DNA of 64,000 nt from an uncultured bacterium (lineage in GTDB: Bacteria > Chloroflexota > UBA5177 > JANWHV01). Within the stretch, counting starts at the first letter, position 1, and every line of letters begins with the position of its first letter. The DNA lies in NCBI GenBank assembly GCA_963827235.1, contig CAWHAE010000015.1, forward strand, positions 64,001 through 128,000, in the 5' to 3' direction. The notes under the pieces are model-generated. The model was not told the origin of the DNA, did no database searches, and was given only the letters and a program-made list of their open reading frames with translations. Below, one piece after another: positions 29,058 to 39,222 of this stretch. The translations under genes were made by a program, and so were the position numbers.

Positions 29058-31460
29058 TCAGCTCATGTGCAGGATCTCGCCGCCGGTGCCGACGGCGACG
29101 CAGGTAGTGGCGCGAGTACAGGCCACACCGTTCAAGACCGCGGTCTTGCTCGCGCCGGCTGCCACCTGACTCGTCCAGGTCCTTCCCCCGTCCGCGGTGG
29201 TCAGGATGGTGCCGTACTGGCCCACGGCGGCGCAGAAGGCGGCGCCGGCGCAGCTCACCGCGTGCAGCGTGCTGCCCAGCACGACGGCGTCGAACGAGGC
29301 ATAGCTGGACCACGTCGTGCCGCCGTCGTGGCTGCTCAGGATGGTTCCGTCGTAGTCGCCGCCCACGGCAATGCACATCTGCGGGCTCGGACAGCTCACG
29401 CCGGTCAGCGTCGTCTCTTTGGTGCCCGACTGTCGGCTTGCCCAGGTCGTGCCGCCGTCCTTGCTGACCAGGATGGTGCTGTCGTTGCCCACGGCCAGGC
29501 AGAAGGTGATGCTCGGGCAGCTCACGGCTGCCAGCGCAGCGGTGCCGGCCGCCAGGCGGCCCGTCCAGCTCTTGCCTCCGTCCGCGGTGGTCAGGACGGC
29601 GCTGCCGCCTATGCCGGCGCTGCCCACGGCGACGCAGCGGCCGGTGCTCGGGCAGCTCACCCCGTTGAGGAATGTATCGGGCGCCGGCGCCGGGCTCGTC
29701 CAGCTCGTCCCGCCGTCCGTGCTGACCAGGACGCCGTGCATGAGGGCGGCCAAGCACGTGCTCGCGGTCGGACATGCGACGCCATAGAGGCTGGAGTCGC
29801 TACCCGAGCGGCGGCTGCTCCAGCTATGGCCCTGGTCGGTGGTCACGAGCACGGCACCGTCGTCGCCGGCTGCCAGGCAGAAGCTCGATCCGGCGCAGCC
29901 CACGGCGCGCAGGCTCTGCGAGATGCCCGTGCTACCGCGGCTCCACGTGCTGCCCCCGTCCGCGCTGATGAGGAGGGTGCCGTTCATGCCAGCGGCCAGG
30001 CAAAGGCCGCTGCTCGGGCAAGCCACGCTATACAGGTTGTTGTCGGTGCCCGAGGTACGGCTCGTCCACGTGGCGCCTCCGTCGGTGCTGGCCAGAATGG
30101 TACCACTGTCGCCCACGGCCAGGCAGCTGCCGCTCGTGGGACAGGCAATGCCGTGCAGGGCGCTATAGACATCGGAGGGCCTCTTGCGGGCGCTCCACGA
30201 GGCGCCGCCGTCCGCGCTCGCCAAGATGCTGCTATCACCGCCGGCGAGGCACAGGCTGCTGCTCGGGCAGGTCACGGCGTAGAGGTCGTCGCTGGTGCCC
30301 GAGGTGCGGCTCGTCCACGTGGTGCCGCCATCGACGCTGGCCAGGATGGTGCCCTCGTCGCCCACCGCGATGCAGGCGACCGTACTCCGGCAGGTGACGG
30401 CTTCCAGCATCTTGGTGGTGCCCGGCGCGTGGCTCGTCCAGCTGGCGCCGCCATTCTTGCTGCTGAGCACGGCGCCGTCTTCGCCCACTGCCATGCACCA
30501 CGAGAGGCCGGCGCAGGTGATGCCGCGGAAGTCCCCGGAATCCGGGCCGATGGCATTCGAGGTCCAATCGACGTTACCTCCCACGGTGGTCAGGGCGACC
30601 CCGGCCGGGCGGTCGCTCGAGCCCACGAGCACGCAGGTACCTGCGGCCGCGCAGCTGGCGGCGACCAGCTTTATCCCGCTGTGCAGGCTCGCCCGGCTCG
30701 TCCAGGTAGCACCGCCGTCGGCGCTGCCGGCCACGGGCGTATCGTCGCTCAGGCTTGAATCGAGCTTCCAGCCCACGGCCCGGCAGTCGCGCGCGCCGCC
30801 GCAGGCCACGCCGAAGAGGTCGAGGTTGGTGCCGGAGGCGCGGCTGCTCCAGGCAGCGGTGCCCGTGCCGGTGGAGACCGAGGTGGCTTTGGCGGGCGCC
30901 GTGCTCTCGAGCCAGTAGCCGCAGTTCGGCTTTGCGTCAGGTTTGGGCGTCCGTTGCTGCAGGCAGAGCTTGGTGCCACGCTGGTAGCGATCGATCGCCC
31001 AGCGAAAGGTCTGTACCGCCAGCGAGCCCTTCTTCGTGTAGTTGTACTTCGCGTTGCAGGTATCCTTGCTGACCACCGCGTTCTGGTCCGGCACGAGCGT
31101 GAGGCCGTCCTTGGTGGCGGACGCTTTCCCCTTGGTGTAGATGTAGTAGGAGGTGGTGCAGCTATAGAAGGAGGTCTGCAGAAGGCCGCCGAACACAAAT
31201 TGGCCATCGGCCGCAAAGGTATAGCGTTCGCCCGCCCCGGTAGGAGGGGCATATTCACCGGTCAGGGGATTGACGAAGGTGATGCCGGAGACCGTGCCGG
31301 CCGACCAGTTGCCGAGGAGAATCTGGGGAAGCGGCGCCCCTGCCGGCGCGGTGCCGGGCGAGGCAGTGCTGATCGCGCCCAGCGCGGTGTGAAGCGGCAC
31401 AGAGAAGACCGGGAGCAGACCAACCATCACACACGCCAGGAGAGCAGCACGGCGAAACAC
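29058..31460 (-). CDS. Secreted Asp-box (YCF48-like) repeat protein with a Cys pair in each repeat
   Basis: Signal peptide after GGGAGG and GTG 31460. About 13 repeats of L..VxCPS...CxAVG..G.IL.SxDGGxTW follow an N-terminal domain of about 150 aa. Confidence 0.8.
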   Translation of the reverse strand: MFRRAALLACVMVGLLPVFSVPLHTALGAISTASPGTAPAGAPLPQILLGNWSAGTVSGITFVNPLTGEYAPPTGAGERYTFAADGQFVFGGLLQTSFYSCTTSYYIYTKGKASATKDGLTLVPDQNAVVSKDTCNAKYNYTKKGSLAVQTFRWAIDRYQRGTKLCLQQRTPKPDAKPNCGYWLESTAPAKATSVSTGTGTAAWSSRASGTNLDLFGVACGGARDCRAVGWKLDSSLSDDTPVAGSADGGATWTSRASLHSGIKLVAASCAAAGTCVLVGSSDRPAGVALTTVGGNVDWTSNAIGPDSGDFRGITCAGLSWCMAVGEDGAVLSSKNGGASWTSHAPGTTKMLEAVTCRSTVACIAVGDEGTILASVDGGTTWTSRTSGTSDDLYAVTCPSSSLCLAGGDSSILASADGGASWSARKRPSDVYSALHGIACPTSGSCLAVGDSGTILASTDGGATWTSRTSGTDNNLYSVACPSSGLCLAAGMNGTLLISADGGSTWSRGSTGISQSLRAVGCAGSSFCLAAGDDGAVLVTTDQGHSWSSRRSGSDSSLYGVACPTASTCLAALMHGVLVSTDGGTSWTSPAPAPDTFLNGVSCPSTGRCVAVGSAGIGGSAVLTTADGGKSWTGRLAAGTAALAAVSCPSITFCLAVGNDSTILVSKDGGTTWASRQSGTKETTLTGVSCPSPQMCIAVGGDYDGTILSSHDGGTTWSSYASFDAVVLGSTLHAVSCAGAAFCAAVGQYGTILTTADGGRTWTSQVAAGASKTAVLNGVACTRATTCVAVGTGGEILHMS

Positions 31461-31724
31461 GATCAACCTCCCGACCACTGGGCCGGCGAGGTCCGGCTCG
31501 CCGGCATCGCAGGCAGACGGTGCCACCTATCAGCGCCAGTATAGATCGGCTCGGCTCGCTTGTCGCGGTGGGCGCTCTCCGGGACCTCGCCCGGCTTGGG
31601 GACATCTGGACCGCCATCAGGGTCTTTCGGGTATCTGTTCAGGGCTCTGTCTTTGCATAGTGCGTCGGAGTGTTGATGTGTCGTTGACTCCTTTGACGTT
31701 TATGAGCACTATTACCTCGTGCAC

Positions 31725-32649
31725 AGGTCAGCATGGTGCGCCGGCCTGCCGCGTCATAGGTCTCGTGCAGGTGCATACTCACCTGGCCCGCTGCCGGCGT
31801 CGCCGTGGCCGGGGTGACCGTGCCGCTGCTCGTCGCGGTGGCCGTGGGCTCCGCGGCCGGCAGGCTGTCGGCGGCGATCTCCACCACCCGGCCGGCATCG
31901 CGCATGGTCAGCCACAGGTTGCCGGCCTCGTCGAAGGCGATCCCCGCGGGCACGCTGCCCGCCGGCTGGTCCAGCTGGTACTCGCCGATCCTGCCGCCGG
32001 CGTCCAGCTGCCCCACCATGCCGGCCTGCTGCTCCGTGAACCACAGGCTGCCGTCCGGCCCCACGGCCAGCCGGTCTGCTCCCGAGTTGGCCGTGGGCAC
32101 GTCGATCTCGCAGAAGGTGCCATCGGCGCTGAGCCGGGCGATCTTGTCGTTCGCATACTCGTTCATGAAGACGCTGCCGTCGGGCGCCCTCGCCACGTAG
32201 CCGTTGCCGCCCTCGCCGGCCAGGGAGACCGGGTACTGGGTGACCTGGCCGCTGGTCGTGTCCAGCTTGCCCAGGTAGGCCGGCATGTCGCCCGTGTACG
32301 CCAGCGCGAACCACAGCACGTGGCCCGCTCCCAAGGCCAGGCCCATCGGCGACCCGGTGCCGCCGTCCTGCACGGGCAGGGGGTCGTCCGCCAGCAGGGT
32401 GCCGCTGGCCTCCACGTGGGCGATCGAGGAGCTGCCCGTGCTGTTGACGGACAGCCAGAAGGTGCCGTCGCTGTCCTGCGCGATGCCGGCCAGCTCAGCC
32501 CAGGTCGTCGATGCTGGGCAGGGAGACGGCCGTCTCGGTGCCGTCCTGCTGGATGTGGAAGAGCTCGTCGTAGTAGCCGGCCGCCCAGATCGAGCCGTCG
32601 GCGCCCAGCACCATGCCTGCCACGATGTCGTAGCCGGGCGCGGTGAAGC
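31725..32649 (-). pseudogene. Rhs relic: Vgb-like propeller segment plus first distal YD strand, without core or toxin
   Basis: Near-identical to about 54701-55640 of the main rhs gene. Frameshift near 32515. Truncated after YDAAGRRTMLT. Confidence 0.85.
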
Positions 32650-32860
32650 ACTCTCTACACGGCAGTGGCAGGCATTGGTGCCGGACACCATCACCCCACT
32701 TCCACAGCACAGGCGCCAAGGTTGCAGCAGGGAGGATGCGCAGTGTTTCAGCGTGCTGTGCCTTGGGGTGCAAGCGCCGAAGTACTTTGGGCCAACACAA
32801 TGGACCTACAGGCCGGCACAGGGTCTGGCCGCTGCGTGCAGGGTAAGGAGCGCGAACTAC

Positions 32861-33226
32861 TTAGTACCTGTCGCCGGCAGTCGTGCTCGGCAGGTCGAAG
32901 GCGATGAGGAGTGCCTGTTCGATGCCGGCGATAGCGGTGGCGCTGAGCATGCCGAGTCTGCGCAGCAGTCTCCCGTGACTGAGCACCCGAACCTGTTCGC
33001 CCAGAGCGATAGAGTCTGTGCTGAGACCGCCATCAGGACTATGCAGAAGGATTTGGCTGGGGTAGATGCGCTGCCCACGGTAGGTCGTGCAGGGGACGGC
33101 GAGCACTATCCCGCTGTTCGCATTGATCGCGTTGCGGGAGACGATGACGACCGGTCGACTGCCTGCTTGCTCGGACCCTTCGGTCGGATCCAGCCGCGCG
33201 CTGTACACCTCGCCGCGCAAGATCAT
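32861..33226 (-). CDS. mazF: Type II TA toxin, PemK/MazF endoribonuclease
   Basis: RGEVYSARLDPTEGSEQAGSRPVVIVS, VPCTT, EQVRVLS. Confidence 0.92.
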   Translation of the reverse strand: MILRGEVYSARLDPTEGSEQAGSRPVVIVSRNAINANSGIVLAVPCTTYRGQRIYPSQILLHSPDGGLSTDSIALGEQVRVLSHGRLLRRLGMLSATAIAGIEQALLIAFDLPSTTAGDRY

Positions 33227-33495
33227 AGCGGCTCAGCCGCCTGAAGTGCCTCCCAGCTCGAGCGGTCTAGCCCCTTTTCGAGCAACTCGGCTTCGGCGAG
33301 ATACTCGGTGTCAGTCGCCATGCCGACGAAAGCGGCGTCGATCGCCGTGCGGCGCTGCTCCGCCAGAAACCGGCGCAGCGCCTCCGCAAGCAGGTCGTTG
33401 CGCGATTTGGCAACACCCGCCTCAATTGCCCGGTCGGCGGCGTCAAGCAACGCCTTTGGCAGCGCGACCGTGGTGCGCGAAACGTCAGAGTTCAT
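33223..33495 (-). CDS. Ribbon-helix-helix (CopG-type) antitoxin
   Basis: RTTVALPKALLDAADRAI...SRNDLLAEALRRFL. ATGA overlap with the toxin gene. Confidence 0.85.
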   Translation of the reverse strand: MNSDVSRTTVALPKALLDAADRAIEAGVAKSRNDLLAEALRRFLAEQRRTAIDAAFVGMATDTEYLAEAELLEKGLDRSSWEALQAAEPL

Positions 33496-33751
33496 CGGCG
33501 TCAAGCCCCTTCTTGGCATCAGGATCGATGCTTCGAATGATAGCAGATACGGTGCGAGATGATACAGCGTGCAACAGCCTTCGCTGGGCTGTGCTGGCTG
33601 AAAAGTCCATCCGGCTGTGTCAAGTAGCGCGAAAAGCTGAATGGGAAGTTGCCTGCTCCTTCATGCTGATGGAGGCAATTCGCACCTGCGCCCTGAGCTT
33701 TAGGTAGCGCTACTCGGGCGGACGGGCTTTCCGGCCAGCACAACCGGTGCC

Positions 33752-33828
33752 GCTCAGGGTCACGTATCGGTGATCACCGTGCGGTTGCCTGCCCCGTCGT
33801 AGTGGTCCTGCTCGCTGCTGCCATCCGG
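33752..33828 (-). pseudogene. Tiny Rhs relic (about 75 bp)
   Basis: tgatcaccgtgcggttgcc...cctgctcgctgctgccatccgg matches the PDGSSEQD.YD.AGNRTVIT segment at about 54310-54368. Confidence 0.65.
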
Positions 33829-34079
33829 TCCCCGGCGCCTACTATGTGCGCACACGCGATATCGTGATTAGGAAAGGCAAGCACGAGCAGCCTGACGAGG
33901 AGTACGTGTGCTCCACGACGCCTACTCGGGCGTAACGGCCACGCCCGGGCGGCCAATCTGCCCCTCGCCGATTGTCAGGTCCGCGTCGATGTTGGCGCCT
34001 GTCTGCCCCTTCTCCAGCGCATACCCTGGCCGCACGCCTACGGAAATAGGACGTATCCAGGACGGCCGGTCACTCTGGT

Positions 34080-34598
34080 TCACGCCTCGCCTCGCTCCAG
34101 AAGCTTCCTCACCGCTACAAAAGGCGGCTCAGAATCATTGCGCCCTCGACCGCGAAAGCAGTAGTGATAGGCTCGAGACTCAATGTTGCGGCACACAAAC
34201 TTACCATCAGAAGCAATCCGGTAACTGGCAAACTGCATAGCGCTGCTTCCTAGAGCATGGGCTATGTCGCCAAACCGTGGTGCCACGCCTTCGGGCATAC
34301 ACCACCCAGGAATGTCCGAATCCGTTCCCTCATCGGCCTCGATCTCCAGGAACCAGGCGCGTCGAGCCGCACCCTCGCTTGTCGCCCACATCACTCCAGC
34401 CACATACGGACCGTCCGTCCCCTCCTCGACATCTTGACCCCTAGCTCGAATGGGGGTGACAGCCAAGTATGCGTCAGCGCCAAGCCTGTAGAGAACAGCG
34501 CGCGTTCTGCCTCTAATCATGTTGTCGTCGCGGATCTGGTCAACAACTTCTGCTAAGGGAGTCCAAATCGGCATTGTCAGGATCCTGCCAAGTTCCAT
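34080..34598 (-). CDS. Putative immunity protein of orphan cassette E
   Basis: 172-aa ORF starting 13 nt after the toxin stop, with a GGAGG RBS overlapping that stop. No recognisable family. Confidence 0.7.
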   Translation of the reverse strand: MELGRILTMPIWTPLAEVVDQIRDDNMIRGRTRAVLYRLGADAYLAVTPIRARGQDVEEGTDGPYVAGVMWATSEGAARRAWFLEIEADEGTDSDIPGWCMPEGVAPRFGDIAHALGSSAMQFASYRIASDGKFVCRNIESRAYHYCFRGRGRNDSEPPFVAVRKLLERGEA

Positions 34599-34611
34599 GG
34601 GACGCTTCCTC

Positions 34612-37600
34612 CTATTTCAGATAGGGATAGATCTGGCCCGTATAGCTGCCGTTGTTCAGTGCGTTCAGGGCCTTGTCCCGGAGCGTGCCTTGCGGAAGCG
34701 CGTTGACTGCAGCTCGCACATCGGGCAGCCATCTCGCCAACTTTCCTGCGGGCATGGAACTGGCGTAACGACCGCCTGGACCCCGGTATTTCGCATCCCA
34801 TGCAACAACCTGATCCTTGACCGGGTCGTACGTGATGAAGTCAGGCCCTGGAGCGGTCACCGCGCCGGGCGCTTTGACGCCCATCTGCCCAAGATCATTC
34901 GTCGCGTACTGGTAGCCTTGGTACTCGCCAATTGCGGCGTTCTGATGGATTATGTTCGCGCCGCAATAGGCATTATGCACCAGCACGCGTGCCAACCCCA
35001 CGAAATAGTCGTGGTCGGCGGCCACGGTGAGCGTGTACACCACAGCGTACCCGGCGTGCTCGTCGATGGCCAGGATCGTGACGTCCTTGCCCGCCTCGGT
35101 GCGTAGCGTGTCGCCGACCCGCAGCTTGCCGGCTTCCACCCAGTCGGCGTGCTTGCTGCCGGGGCCAGTATCCACGAAGAACGGATGGTTGGCGGTCACC
35201 TTGATCGTGCTGCCGTCCGACAGGTGCAGCGCCAGCAGCGGCGAGACCGGTTTGACGATGAGGGCTTGCACCGGTTCCGCTTCTACCTGCTTGGTGGCAG
35301 GGTTCTCCGCCAGGACCTTGTCGCCGACCTTGAGATCCTCGATGGCCACCGAGCCATGGTCCGTCTGCACCAGCGTGCCCGCCGGGAAGCAGGTCTGATT
35401 GGTGCCCCTGCACGCGCCGACACAGGGCGTCTCACTCTGGTCCCCAGTCTCCGACTCGCGACTCAGTCGCTGGAACGCTTCGGTGAGCTTCTGCCTGGAG
35501 GCAGCGGTAGCCTCCTTGACAAACGTCCCGGCAGCGTCGAGGAACTCCCAGTGCCGCATCCCCTGGTCCGCGATGGCACCGATGATACTGCGGAGGCCGG
35601 CCACGGTCGGCGAGACAACCTTGCTCCCGACGTAGCGCAGGATGGGTCCGCCGACCAGACTGGTGCTGACGACAAGGGCGGCATCAGCGCAACCCAGCGG
35701 CCCGGTGTCACGAGCGGTGCATTGCTTGACCGGCATGATGAAGAAGTTGTCCGCGATCAGCGCCGGTGCGTCGATACCGCTTGCCCAGAGGAAGGCCAGG
35801 ATGTGCGAGCCGCCGCTCGACGAGTTGTACCACTGCCGTGTACTCGCCTCATTGCCGTGAATAGCCTCCTCAAGCCAGCCGGCTGCCTGGGACAGCTCGT
35901 CGGCGCCGTTGAGGATGTCGCCGCTGATCGCATTCAGCGCGCACAGGGTGGGCGACTTCTCACAGACGGTCTGGTTCAGGTTCTGGGTGAAGACGATGAC
36001 ACCGGGCTGGAGCTGCCAGGCCTGCAAGAAGGAGCCCGGTGAACGACCGAGCCGGATGTTGACCGCAGGATCACCGTCAAGGGTGGTCAGCGTGGCAAAC
36101 TGGGTGCCGGCCTTGGGCGGGAAGTCGTCGCCGGGCCGGAGGTCCGCATGGACGATGCTACCGGAGCAATCCGGGCTCTCCATGTTGACGTAGTCGTAGT
36201 TGCACTTCCAGGAGGGCCAGAGCATGCCGAACACCTTGGCGTCGCGGATGATCTGGTTGACCTTGGCCGTAAAGCCGTTTCGTGGCGCGTCTGCGCGCTC
36301 GATGTCCCAGTATTCACCGTCCTTGAGGTCGACCACGTCGGCCGCGTAGGTCGATGCGCGCAGAGCCGCCTGGGTATGCCAACAAGACTTGCTCGCGTTT
36401 TCCTTGAGCACCGGGATCCAGAAGCCATACTGGCCGGCATCGCTCAACACGCTGCTGGAGGCGGTGGAGGATGTCCGGCGCCACACGGAGTCCAGGTAGC
36501 CTTGCTGGGCCTGGGCGATCTGACTACCGAAGAAATAGCTTGCCTGGCCACCGATACTGCTTTCCTCGATGTAGTCGCCGTAGTAGTTGCCGGCATCGAG
36601 AGGGAACGTCCACCCCTGTCCACTCGGATCCCTCACATCCGTGGGCATATTCCCCGCGTACTGGTAGGGGTCGAGCGTCACCGGCACCTGCGGGTCGGCA
36701 GGCAGCGGATCCACGCTCTCGAACTGCCCCTCGCTGCGGGCTGTACTCCCGGGCCCGCATGTCATAGGTGCCGGCCGCCGCGTCGTAGTACTGGCCGGCG
36801 AACCCGAAGGGCTGGCTGCCCAGCAGGCCGGCGAGCAGCGTGGCGCCGCTGCCGGTGGACGTGTCCGGGTTGGGCCGCGCGTTGCCCCAGGCGTCGTAGG
36901 CGCCGGCGCCAATGGTGGCGCCGGTGGGGTCGGTGACCAGCCGCACGCTGCCCAGCAGGTCCGTGCCCAGGGTGGTGATGCGACCGGTGCTCAGCGTGTA
37001 GCCCGCTAGCGGTGCCTGGCCGCTGCCCGGATTGAGGTAGGCGTAGTCGGCACTGCCATCGGAGACCAGGTCGGACATGCCGGCCGCCAGGTCCTGCGCG
37101 CAGTTGGAGAGAGTTGGCGTGCCGCTTGAGGCGTCGTAGCTGCGCAGGCGACCGCCCTGCCCGTCGTAGACGAAGGTGAGGTTGGTGGTCGGGCCGGTGA
37201 TGGCCACCAGCTCGTTCCGAAGGTCGTAGGTGTTGGTGATCGTGCCGGTCTGTCCGGTGCTCCCCACCTGGTTGCCCGCGACATCATACGTATAGGCGGT
37301 AGGTTCGCCCGGGCCGACGTCCGAGGCCGTCGAGGCGCTGGTCAGCTCGTCCGCCGCGTCGTAGCTGTTGGCGGTGACGGTGGTGGAGAGGGCATCGGTG
37401 GTGCTCAGGGTCACCGTGCTGGTGATGACGGTGCGGTTGCCGGCCCCGTCGTACGCGTCCTGCTCGCTGCTGCCGTCCGGGTAGGTGGCCGATCATCAGC
37501 TCGCCCGCCGGGTCGTAGGCAAGGCTGGACGTGCCCCAGGAGTCGTCGATACCCGTGCGCTCGCCCGGCCGCGTCCAGGGTGTCCGTCTGGCTGAACAGC

Positions 37601-38327
37601 ACGGTGCCCGAGATGCTCACCGTGGTGTCGATGGCCCGGCCGGCGCTGTCGTAGCCCCACACCTGGCTGGTGCCGTTCGCCGCCTGCAGCCGCGTCAGGT
37701 TGCCCGCCTTGTCGTAGCTCGCGTGACTGGTGTTGGGCGCCGCTCCCGGCTGGGTCAGCGTGCTCACCCGCCCCGCCGCGTCGTAACTCCACGTCGCGGT
37801 CGTGCCCGTCCGGGTAGGTCAGCGTGGTGCGCCGGCCCGCCGCGTCATACGTCTCGTGCAGGTGCATGGTCACCTGGCCCGCTGCCGGCGTGCCGGCCGT
37901 GGGCGTGGCCGTCGTGACCGTGCCGCTGCTCGTGGCGGTAGCCGTGGGCTCCGCGGCGGCAGGCCGTCGGCGGCGATCTCCACTACGCGGCCGGCGTCGC
38001 GCATGGTCAGCCACAGGTTGCCGGCCTCGTCGAAGGCGATGCCGGTGGGCACGCTGCCCGCCGGCTGGTCCAGCTGGTACTCGCCGATCCTGCCGCCGGC
38101 GTCCAGCCGCCCCACCATGCCCGCCTGCTGCTCCGTGAACCACAGGCTGCCGTTCGGCCCTACGGCCAGCCGGTCCGCCCCCGCGTTGGCCGTGGGCACG
38201 TCGATCTCGCCGAACGTGCCATCGGCAGTGACGCGGGCGATCTTGTCGTTCGCATACTCGTTCATGAAGACTCTGCAGTCGGGCGCCGTCGCCAGGTAGC
38301 CGTTGCCGCCCTCGCTGGCCAGGGAGA
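34612..38327 (-). pseudogene. Orphan Rhs cassette E: Vgb fragment, distal YD, core, HINT and PD-(D/E)xK-like nuclease tip
   Basis: Homology to the main gene starts at about 38327, with several frameshifts before the core. PTDVRDPSG ends at 36619-36630. HINT runs CFPAGT...VLVHN (35391-34972). Tip has GPDFITY...VAWDAKYR. Confidence 0.88.
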
Positions 38328-38397
38328 TGGAGACCCCTAGCAGTCGGCAGGCTGGCCGCCATTTGATCCAACACCATGGCCGAACGAGCCTGGCCAA

Positions 38398-39222
38398 CTA
38401 TTGGCGACTATCCCTCCGCGCGCCGGGGATCGTGTTGAAGCTCTCTAGCAACTCCACTGGAAAGCCCGAATCCCGCTGAGGATCCCGCGCAAACCGCAGG
38501 TAGAACAGATCCCTGCCCCAGTGCTCGAGCCGTGCCACGTCCTGGGAGGGCACGGTCGTGGGATCACCGCTAGCAAAATGAGATCTGAGAAGTACATTCC
38601 CCCAGTACAACCGAGGTATGAACCTGTCCATGGTGTATTCACCGAAGCCGTAGTCGTTCCCGGTGCGATCGTGGTACCTCATGTCGATGAGGTCTGACCG
38701 GTATAGACCACCCGCCTTCGGCTCTGACCAACCCACATCGTACTCAATACAACCGTAAATCGCTGACGTCAACTCCGCGAGGGTCCTGGTGTAGCTCTCC
38801 AGGGTCTCCATGCGCTGAGCGATCAGCTCTCTGCGCATAGCTAGCACTACATGGTTGTCCGCGCCTACAGTCGGCTGCTGACTATAAGCGGTCGGTCCGA
38901 GCTTGTGGATGCCCGCGTATACTGCCGGCCAGTCGCTGTCAGAGATAGCCTTATCGAATAGCTCAAAATAGCGAAAGATCCCGCCCTTGATGGCGCCGAG
39001 CCAAGCCTCTAGCAGCTTGTCGCTCAACTGCGCGCTTCGAGGGGCAATATTCCGTGAGCGCGGACGATTGATGCGCCCGCGGCACTTGAGCGGACGACCG
39101 GGGATTCGAACAAACCCAGCAAGTGACTCAACGAGTTCCCGGAACAGGTCGTCCGAGATCACGCTCCTGGGTTCTTCTCTTCCGAACAGCAGGATCGTGG
39201 AGTAGCGAGGTTCCTCCATCAT
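38398..39222 (-). CDS. Putative immunity protein of orphan cassette D
   Basis: 274-aa ORF with an ATGA overlap to the toxin stop. Lower GC than the Rhs core. Confidence 0.75.
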   Translation of the reverse strand: MMEEPRYSTILLFGREEPRSVISDDLFRELVESLAGFVRIPGRPLKCRGRINRPRSRNIAPRSAQLSDKLLEAWLGAIKGGIFRYFELFDKAISDSDWPAVYAGIHKLGPTAYSQQPTVGADNHVVLAMRRELIAQRMETLESYTRTLAELTSAIYGCIEYDVGWSEPKAGGLYRSDLIDMRYHDRTGNDYGFGEYTMDRFIPRLYWGNVLLRSHFASGDPTTVPSQDVARLEHWGRDLFYLRFARDPQRDSGFPVELLESFNTIPGARRDSRQ

